A stretch of DNA of 64,000 nucleotides from positions 2,184-66,183 of the forward strand of contig CAZYDI010000008.1 in the NCBI GenBank assembly GCA_964646255.1, read 5' to 3'. This document shows, piece after piece, positions 57,405-64,000 of the stretch. The translations under genes were made by a program, and so were the position numbers. Source of the DNA: an uncultured Bacteroidales bacterium. Its GTDB lineage: Bacteria > Bacteroidota > Bacteroidia > Bacteroidales > UBA10428. Numbering within the stretch: position 1 is the first letter of the stretch; each line of letters starts with the position of its first letter. The notes beneath the pieces were generated by a model that did not search any database, was not told the DNA's origin, and saw only the letters and a list, made by a program, of their open reading frames with translations.

Positions 57405-60344
57405 ATGTATCTCAACTGCCACTCATATTATAGTCTTCGCTACGGAACAATGTCCATTGACAAACTGGTGGCTGAAGCCGGGAAAAATAATGTAAGGGCC
57501 ATGGCCTTAACCGACATCAACAACTGTATGGGAATGATGGACTTTATTGCCGCATGCAGGATGGCACATATTAAGCCCATCGCCGGCATCGAGTTCAGGG
57601 ATGAAAAAAACCGTTTGCTGTTCATTGCACTTGCCAAAAACAACGAAGGCTTTCACGAAATTAATGAATTCCTCACCCGGCATAACCTCGAGGGCATCCC
57701 TCTCCCACTTCGTGCCCCGGCATTTAATCATGCTTATACCATATACCCCTTCGCCGCCAACATTCCCTTAAAGCCGGAGGAAAATGAATTTATCGGTATC
57801 AGGCCTGATGAGATTAACAAACTGGTAACATCCCGTTATCGCTACCATCAGCAACAACTGGTAGCTCTGTTGCCGGTAACCCTTGCCGGTTCTCAGGATT
57901 TTGAGCTACACCGGCATCTTCGCGCAATCGATAAGAATACACTGCTCAGCAAACTAACACCCCCTGATATGGCATCTCCAAAAGAGTATTTTATATCGCC
58001 TGATTTGTTATCGATTGCGTATTCCGATTATCCTCAGATTATCAGAAACACTGAAAGACTGACAGATGAGTGCTCAATCCTCATCGACTTTAACTCAGTA
58101 AAAAACCGACGCATCTTTACATCGAGCCGTTACGACGACCGGCTGCTTTTGGAAAAACTGGCCCTGGATGGCATGGCATATCGCTACGGAAAATCGAACA
58201 AAGAAGCACATAAACGCATTGATCACGAGCTTGAAGTCATTGACCGCCTTGGTTTTTCGGCGTATTTCCTTATCACCTGGGATATTGTCCGGTATTCGAT
58301 GAGCCGCGGCTTTTACCATGTTGGCCGGGGAAGCGGCGCCAACAGCATCGTCGCTTATTGCCTCAAAATTACCGATGTGGACCCTATTGAACTGAACCTG
58401 TATTTTGAGCGGTTCATCAATCCCAAACGCACCTCCCCGCCCGATTTTGATATCGACTTTTCGTGGCGCGACCGTGATGAGGTACAGGACTATATTTTTA
58501 AAAGATACGGCAATAAACACACTGCCCTTTTGGGAACAGTGACTACATTCCGCGATCGCTCTATTTTCAGGGAACTGGGAAAGGTTTACGGGTTGCCCAA
58601 GGAAGAAATCGATAAAATAGTGGATTATCCCGATGCCTCCCTGAACAAGGATGAAATTACCCAAAACTTGTATGCCACCGGTAACGAGTTAATGGATTTT
58701 CCCAACATCCGAAGCATTCACGCCGGCGGAATTCTTATTTCCGAAGAACCCATAACATGTTATACCGCCCTGGATTTGCCACCCAAAGGTTTTCCCACAA
58801 CACAATTCGATATGTACGTTGCCGAGGCAATTGGTTTTGAAAAACTCGATATTCTTAGCCAGCGGGGAATCGGCCATATCAACGAAAGTGTGGAAATCAT
58901 CGGTAATAACCGCGGCGTAAAAGTAGACGTTCACCGCATATCTGATTTTAAGAGGGATGAAAAAGTAAATAAAAGATTATACAGCGGTGAAGCCATTGGT
59001 TGCTTTTATATTGAAAGTCCCGCCATGCGCGGATTGCTTAAGAAACTTAAATGCGACAATTACCTTACCCTGGTAGCGGCCAGCTCAATTATCCGCCCGG
59101 GCGTTGCCAAGTCGGGTATGATGAAAGAGTACATCAGGCGGTTTCACGACCCTGAGAACATCAGATACCTTCATCCGGTTATGGAAGACCAGCTGAAAGA
59201 AACTTTTGGTGTAATGGTCTACCAGGAAGATGTGATCAAGGTTTGCCATCATTTTGCCGGACTCGACCTGGCCGATGCTGATATTCTCCGCAGGGCCATG
59301 GCAGGGAAGTTTCGCTCCAAGGGCGAATTTGAACGTATTCGTCAGCGGTTTTTTGACAATTGCACCGGAAGAGGATACCCCGAATCGCTCACTGCTGAAG
59401 TATGGCGGCAAGTAGCCTCGTTTGCGGGGTATGCTTTTTCAAAAGCCCATTCGGCATCGTATGCCGTTGAGAGTTACCAAAGCCTTTACCTTAAAACCTA
59501 TTACCCGCAGGAATTCATGGTGGCGGTCATCAATAACTTCGGAGGCTTTTACCATACATGGGTGTATTTTAACGAGGCCAAACGGTCAGGTGCATCCATT
59601 CACCTTCCTTGTGTAAATAACAGTACGGTTAAAACCTGCATATACGGAAGCGACGTGTTTATTGGTTTTGTACATATTGCCAACCTCGAAGGCAGAATTG
59701 CCGATACCATAGTTGCCGAACGCAAAAATAACGGAGCGTATAAAAGCCTGGATGATTTCGTTTGCCGGGTACCTGCCGGAATTGAACAACTGGTGATTCT
59801 CATACGCCTTGATGCGTTTCGCTTTACCGGTAAAACAAAAAAAGAACTGCTTTGGGAAGCACACCTTTTGCTTGGAAATTCAAGAGAACCGGATATGCCC
59901 ATGCTTTTTGCCGAAAAGCCAAAAGAATTCCGTCTTCCCCAGCTTGAGCAAACCCGGCTCGAAGATGCCTATGACGAAATGGAACTACTGGGTTTCCCGG
60001 TAACGCTTAGTAGTTTTGACATGCTTGAAACGAGCTACCGCAGCGATATAACGGCACACCAACTCCTGAAGTATACGGGTAAAAAAATCAGGTTGCTGGG
60101 CAACCTGGTAACCATAAAATATGTGCATACGGTTAAAGGAGAATGGATGCACTTTGGTTGTTTCCTTGATATGCAGGGTGAATTTTTCGATACGGTTAAT
60201 TTTCCAAATTCCTTGAAGCAATACCCATTCAGGGGATACGGTGTATACCTGATTTTGGGAACTGTTACCGAAGAATTTGGTTTCCCGAGTATTACTGTTG
60301 AAAAAATGGCCAGGCTTCCCTATAGGAAAGATCCCCGGTACTAA
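57405..60344 (+). CDS. dnaE2: DNA polymerase III alpha-like, error-prone DnaE2-type (PHP plus polymerase core)
   Basis: PHP start MYLNCHSYYSLRYG, with PDFDIDF, HAGG, FDMYVAE, KLDILSQRG, FAGYAFSKAHSASYA. About 980 aa with no tau-binding or long C-terminal region. The start is taken at the internal MYLNCHS. Confidence 0.85.
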   Translation: MYLNCHSYYSLRYGTMSIDKLVAEAGKNNVRAMALTDINNCMGMMDFIAACRMAHIKPIAGIEFRDEKNRLLFIALAKNNEGFHEINEFLTRHNLEGIPLPLRAPAFNHAYTIYPFAANIPLKPEENEFIGIRPDEINKLVTSRYRYHQQQLVALLPVTLAGSQDFELHRHLRAIDKNTLLSKLTPPDMASPKEYFISPDLLSIAYSDYPQIIRNTERLTDECSILIDFNSVKNRRIFTSSRYDDRLLLEKLALDGMAYRYGKSNKEAHKRIDHELEVIDRLGFSAYFLITWDIVRYSMSRGFYHVGRGSGANSIVAYCLKITDVDPIELNLYFERFINPKRTSPPDFDIDFSWRDRDEVQDYIFKRYGNKHTALLGTVTTFRDRSIFRELGKVYGLPKEEIDKIVDYPDASLNKDEITQNLYATGNELMDFPNIRSIHAGGILISEEPITCYTALDLPPKGFPTTQFDMYVAEAIGFEKLDILSQRGIGHINESVEIIGNNRGVKVDVHRISDFKRDEKVNKRLYSGEAIGCFYIESPAMRGLLKKLKCDNYLTLVAASSIIRPGVAKSGMMKEYIRRFHDPENIRYLHPVMEDQLKETFGVMVYQEDVIKVCHHFAGLDLADADILRRAMAGKFRSKGEFERIRQRFFDNCTGRGYPESLTAEVWRQVASFAGYAFSKAHSASYAVESYQSLYLKTYYPQEFMVAVINNFGGFYHTWVYFNEAKRSGASIHLPCVNNSTVKTCIYGSDVFIGFVHIANLEGRIADTIVAERKNNGAYKSLDDFVCRVPAGIEQLVILIRLDAFRFTGKTKKELLWEAHLLLGNSREPDMPMLFAEKPKEFRLPQLEQTRLEDAYDEMELLGFPVTLSSFDMLETSYRSDITAHQLLKYTGKKIRLLGNLVTIKYVHTVKGEWMHFGCFLDMQGEFFDTVNFPNSLKQYPFRGYGVYLILGTVTEEFGFPSITVEKMARLPYRKDPRY

Positions 60345-60419
60345 GCCAATCAGGTGTGTTGATAAGCATCAGAACCCTAATGTTTATTTTACGTAAGAGG
60401 GGATATAAACATTTACGCA

Positions 60420-61163
60420 ATGAAAAGGATATTTTTTGTAATCGCATGTTTAATTGGCCTGAACTTGTGTGCACAACAGTATGAAATTCCGGCAGCCGGA
60501 GCCCGTGAGCAACTGGTAAAACATACCTTATTTTCACTGTCGTGGAACGAAGGATACGAATTACCCTCCTGGGTTGCATACCAGTTAACCCCTGAGCAGG
60601 CAAAAGCCACAGGTACATTTAAGGAAAAGTATGCGGAAGACCCGTCAGTATCCACCGGAAGCGCATCGCCAAAAGATTATAAAGACGCCGGTTTTATTAT
60701 CGGGCAATTGGTTCCTCCTGAAGATATGTTCACATCACCAAAAGCAGTTGAAGAAACTTTTCTTATGTCCAATACAGTGCCGCAAAAACCCTCTTTCAAT
60801 AAGTATGTATGGAAGAATCTCGAAAAACTTATCAGGGAATGGGCTAAAGAGGGAAATACATTATACATTGTAACCGGTCCGGTATTAACAGATGCCCCGT
60901 TTGGAACCTTTGGAGGCAACAAAATCAGTATTGCCACCCGTTATTACAAAGCAGTGCTTGATGTGACAGGTGAGAGGGCTATAGCCTTTATTATCCGCAG
61001 TAACATAGCTACCGGAGCACCCAAATCGTTTGCCATTTCGGTGGATGAACTGGAAAAAATTACCGGAATAGATTTCTTTCCCTCCCTTGAGGATAATCTC
61101 GAAGAAAAAACAGAAGCCAGCACCGATTTTAGCAGGTGGAATTTCAAAGCATTGGCACAATAA
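60420..61163 (+). CDS. DNA/RNA non-specific endonuclease (Endonuclease_NS/NucA) family homolog, secreted; the catalytic DRGH motif is not conserved
   Basis: Signal peptide, then SLSWNEGYELPSWVAYQLT, DYKDAGFIIGQLVPPEDM (in place of GYDRGHLAP..DM), and SNTVPQKPSFNKYVWKNLE (the metal-binding Asn and the Glu are retained). Confidence 0.75.
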   Translation: MKRIFFVIACLIGLNLCAQQYEIPAAGAREQLVKHTLFSLSWNEGYELPSWVAYQLTPEQAKATGTFKEKYAEDPSVSTGSASPKDYKDAGFIIGQLVPPEDMFTSPKAVEETFLMSNTVPQKPSFNKYVWKNLEKLIREWAKEGNTLYIVTGPVLTDAPFGTFGGNKISIATRYYKAVLDVTGERAIAFIIRSNIATGAPKSFAISVDELEKITGIDFFPSLEDNLEEKTEASTDFSRWNFKALAQ

Positions 61164-61219
61164 AACAGGAATAAGGGACAAGCATAAAATAATGATTTGC
61201 CCTGTCCCTTGTCACATTT

Positions 61220-61777
61220 TCACTGCCAATGAAAGTGTATCTCGGTTGAAGGATCCCCTTTAGAGAGGAACGTCTTAATTTCATAGCGCGGAGAGGGGCA
61301 ATTGGCAAGTTCGAGTGCCTTCCTTGTCCAACCTGCTATTCTGTACTCAACCGATTCATCTATCTGATCAAATTTCGTTATTCTTAAAATTGCATCATTA
61401 GATCCGATAATGGAAGCCTCAACTTCACTGGGTTCATAAAAAGTTGTAAAAATCTTCGATGCCCTCTGCAGCAAAAACTGGGGAGAGGCAATAAGCAGAA
61501 AAACCTTATAGAATCCTTTTAAACCGGTTTCCGCACTCCAGCTTCCCAATTCATCGCCACCGGTTTTAAGGTCACCGCGATAGCATATTTTCATGATACT
61601 ATCAACGGGAACAGAATAACCTTCTTTGTAAGGATACCAGGCAGTGGCATCAATGGTTGAAGTGAAAAGTTTTTTTGAATCGGGAGTAAGTGATGCCAGC
61701 CATTGATCATAATGATCGGGGAATTTTGTTTTTACAAAATCCCGGGTGGTTCTTAACGCTGTACCTTTAACCTGCAT
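61220..61777 (-). CDS. Hypothetical protein (possibly DUF2378/H-NOX-like ligand-binding fold; weak recollection)
   Basis: The start is taken at [15 protein letters not shown] (ATG 61777-61775). It overlaps the sucD 3' end by 11 nt. Confidence 0.45.
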   Translation of the reverse strand: MQVKGTALRTTRDFVKTKFPDHYDQWLASLTPDSKKLFTSTIDATAWYPYKEGYSVPVDSIMKICYRGDLKTGGDELGSWSAETGLKGFYKVFLLIASPQFLLQRASKIFTTFYEPSEVEASIIGSNDAILRITKFDQIDESVEYRIAGWTRKALELANCPSPRYEIKTFLSKGDPSTEIHFHWQ

Positions 61778-62654
61778 ATGATTTGTTTTTAAGTGCCAGA
61801 ACCATAGTAGCAGCAATGTTTGCAGGCGATTCAACAACATGAATGCCACATTCCTGCATAATTTTCATCTTTGCTGCAGCCGTATCTTCTGCACCTCCAA
61901 TAATTGCACCTGCGTGACCCATCCTCCTTCCCTTTGGAGCCGTTTGCCCTGCAATAAAACCAACCACCGGTTTGGTTCCATGTTCTTTAACCCACCTGGC
62001 AGCATCAGATTCCATGCTTCCTCCAATTTCACCTATCATAATAATTCCTTCGGTGTCCTTATCAGCCATAAATAATTTCATTGCATCGAGCGTAGTGGTT
62101 CCAATGATTGGATCACCCCCTATCCCAATGCAGGTTGATTGACCCATACCCGCTTTTGTTACCTGGTCAACTGCTTCATAGGTCAATGTACCTGATCGCG
62201 AAATAATCCCTATGGTGCCCTTCTTGTGAATAAAGCCGGGCATAATGCCAACCTTTGCCTCCCCGGGAGTAATAATTCCCGGACAGTTTGGTCCGATTAA
62301 CCTGGTAATTTTGCCTTCAAGAAACTGTTTAACCTTAACCATATCAAGCGTGGGGATTCCTTCCGTAATACACACCACTACTTTAATACCTGCGTCTGCG
62401 GCTTCCATAATGGCATCTGCGGCAAAAGCTGCAGGCACAAATATTACCGAGGTATCGGCACCTGTATTTATAACTGCATCGGCGACCGTGTTAAACACTG
62501 GTCTGTCAAGGTGTTTCTGCCCACCCTTGCCAGGGGTTATTCCACCAACAACCTGTGTGCCATATTCTATCATTTGCTGTGCATGAAACGTACCTTCACC
62601 ACCCGTAAAACCCTGCACAATTACCTTTGAATGCTTATTTACAAGAATGCTCAT
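61767..62654 (-). CDS. sucD: Succinate--CoA ligase [ADP-forming] subunit alpha
   Basis: [34 protein letters not shown], the phosphohistidine motif MGHAGAII. Confidence 0.95.
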   Translation of the reverse strand: MSILVNKHSKVIVQGFTGGEGTFHAQQMIEYGTQVVGGITPGKGGQKHLDRPVFNTVADAVINTGADTSVIFVPAAFAADAIMEAADAGIKVVVCITEGIPTLDMVKVKQFLEGKITRLIGPNCPGIITPGEAKVGIMPGFIHKKGTIGIISRSGTLTYEAVDQVTKAGMGQSTCIGIGGDPIIGTTTLDAMKLFMADKDTEGIIMIGEIGGSMESDAARWVKEHGTKPVVGFIAGQTAPKGRRMGHAGAIIGGAEDTAAAKMKIMQECGIHVVESPANIAATMVLALKNKSYAG

Positions 62655-62844
62655 CGATATTTTTTATAATCACAAAGCCAAAAATAATATAAAAATGTTG
62701 CAAAAGTCGACCGTGTTAAAAAATATACCCTGTTTACATTTTTACCCGGACACTTCAACAAAATTTTTACCCATGTGCATATTGCGCCAATGATCTTCCA
62801 TTTTACCGGGCAATCAATCCCGCCCGTTCTAACCGAAATATAAC

Positions 62845-62852
62845 TATTTTTG
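62845..62852 (+). promoter_or_regulatory. -7 promoter box TATTTTTG upstream of mnmE
   Basis: It ends 23 nt before the ATG at 62876 and lies within ATAACTATTTTTG, which is shared with the 245 and 16633 elements. Confidence 0.45.
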
Positions 62853-62875
62853 GTGCAAATAAATTTGTCGTAAAA

Positions 62876-64000
62876 ATGTATTTCGCCGATACCATCTGTG
62901 CCATTTCCACACCTGCCGGCAAAGGAGCCATTGCGGTTGTCCGGTGCAGTGGCAACGACGCTCTGTCAATTTGCCAAAAGATTATTAAACTCCACTCATC
63001 AGGTCAGTCGCTTCAAGACCTTCCTGCCAATACCATGCATTATTCCAGGGTTGTTGAAGGCAGTGAAATCATCGATGAGGTTGTGACCGGTATATTCCGG
63101 AAGCCACACTCCTACTCCGGTGAAGATACTGTTGAAATAAACTGTCATGGATCGGTTTATATTCAAAAGAGAATCCTGGAACTCCTTGTAAAAGCCGGGG
63201 CCCGTATTGCCAAACCGGGAGAATTTACCATGCGCGCTTTTTTAAACGGCAAGCTCGACCTTACCCAGGTGGAAGCGGTTGCCGATTTGATAGCATCAGG
63301 ATCCGAAGCTGCACACAGAATTGCCATTAGCCAGATGCGCGGCGGATTTACCAAAGAAATAAAGAAACTGCGCGATAAACTGCTCACTTTTATTTCGCTC
63401 ATTGAACTCGAGCTTGATTTCAGTGAGGAAGATGTAGAATTTGCCGACCGTAATGCCTTAAAGAAACTCATTGACGAAATTGCCGGAACGCTTGAAACCC
63501 TTAGTGGTTCGTTTGCTCTGGGAAATGTTATTAAACAGGGAATTCCTGTTGCCATTGTAGGCAAAACCAATGCAGGTAAATCAACCCTGCTGAATTTATT
63601 GCTTCGGGAAGAACGGGCCATTGTATCTGAAATTGAAGGCACAACACGTGATTCCATCGAAGATGTCATCAGCATTCGTGGCGTGCATTTCAGGCTGACA
63701 GATACAGCCGGACTAAGGCACACCGAGGATGAAATCGAAAAGCTGGGCATTGAGCGAACCTGGCAAAAAATGGACCAGGCATCGGTTGTCATTCACGTAC
63801 TCGACCCTGCCAGCAAAGCAGAGGAATTAACCGGGGTGATGAACAGGTTAAGGAGTGCGGGAAACGGACTACCTAAAAAGCAAATCATTGTTTTAAATAA
63901 AATCGATAAATTATCCGAAACGGACCAAACTGCCATATTGGACGAGCTTAACCAGCATTTAAAAGGTGAAGCACCTGTGATTGGGCTGTCGGCCCTTAAT
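62876..64000 (+). CDS. mnmE: tRNA modification GTPase MnmE (TrmE), C-terminally truncated by the window edge
   Basis: My own translation: MYFADTICAISTPAGKGAIAVVRCSG...HSYSGEDTVEINCHGS...GEFTMRAFLNGKLDLTQVEAVADLI...AIVGKTNAGKSTLLN...TTRD...DTAGLR. It is absent from the ORF track because it is open-ended. Confidence 0.9.
   Translation, partial: MYFADTICAISTPAGKGAIAVVRCSGNDALSICQKIIKLHSSGQSLQDLPANTMHYSRVVEGSEIIDEVVTGIFRKPHSYSGEDTVEINCHGSVYIQKRILELLVKAGARIAKPGEFTMRAFLNGKLDLTQVEAVADLIASGSEAAHRIAISQMRGGFTKEIKKLRDKLLTFISLIELELDFSEEDVEFADRNALKKLIDEIAGTLETLSGSFALGNVIKQGIPVAIVGKTNAGKSTLLNLLLREERAIVSEIEGTTRDSIEDVISIRGVHFRLTDTAGLRHTEDEIEKLGIERTWQKMDQASVVIHVLDPASKAEELTGVMNRLRSAGNGLPKKQIIVLNKIDKLSETDQTAILDELNQHLKGEAPVIGLSALN

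Noticed and set aside
60379-60413. 9-bp inverted repeat AATGTTTAT...ATAAACATT between dnaE2 and the nuclease-like gene
   Set aside because: The stem is entirely A/T-rich, the loop is 17 nt and there is no T-run. It is too weak to call a terminator or operator.
63163-63792. 209-aa minus-strand ORF in the track
   Set aside because: It lies entirely antisense to the clearly recognisable mnmE reading frame. Its Ser/Leu-rich composition is typical of a shadow ORF.
1-64000. Search for CRISPR arrays, rRNA genes, integrases, transposases and other mobile-element hallmarks
   Set aside because: I found no regularly spaced direct repeats and no rRNA-like segments. No ORF carries recombinase or transposase motifs. 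The only tandem repeats I found are short or coding low-complexity sequence.

Overview
This window looks like a chromosomal segment from a Bacteroidota genome. The evidence is the rpmB-rpmG-DUF4295-ftsY gene order, TAnnTTTG-type promoter boxes, DUF4252/DUF4197/DUF4256 families, a fused CcsBA cytochrome c biogenesis protein, a THX-like ribosomal protein and a SprB-repeat/OmpA protein. It is densely packed and mostly housekeeping: queA (partial), RNase P RNA, kdsA, rarA, acs, a RelA/SpoT homolog, fabG, three tRNAs, cinA, rpmB/rpmG, ftsY, rimO, clpC, gyrA, pyrD, ccsBA, msrA, sucD and mnmE (partial). I found no rRNA, CRISPR array, integrase or transposase. Two parts look accessory. (1) At 39.0-42.05 kb a stand-alone SpoIIE/PP2C phosphatase gene lies 21 nt upstream of a 726-aa ABC/SMC-like ATPase. 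That ATPase has a coiled-coil insertion and a C-terminal Toprim-like region, which is an OLD-nuclease-like architecture. I do not recognise this pairing from described defence systems, and it is my best candidate for a novel system. It ends a six-gene co-directional string whose first gene, an XRE-type HTH regulator, contains a 9-nt G/C homopolymer. (2) At 54.9-60.3 kb there is a LexA-like (XRE HTH + S24 peptidase) repressor divergent from a dinB-like gene, a 69-aa ORF and a dnaE2-like gene, which is a mutagenesis cassette. It is followed by an Endonuclease_NS homolog whose DRGH catalytic motif reads IIGQ. Smaller observations: a 17-nt identical promoter element upstream of two genes, with 13 nt of it upstream of a third; a THX-like protein with a long K/E/P-rich tail; a small hydrophobic ORF downstream of the ATPase; and several hairpins and repeats. 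All calls come from reading the translations and the sequence by eye. No database search or statistic was run.
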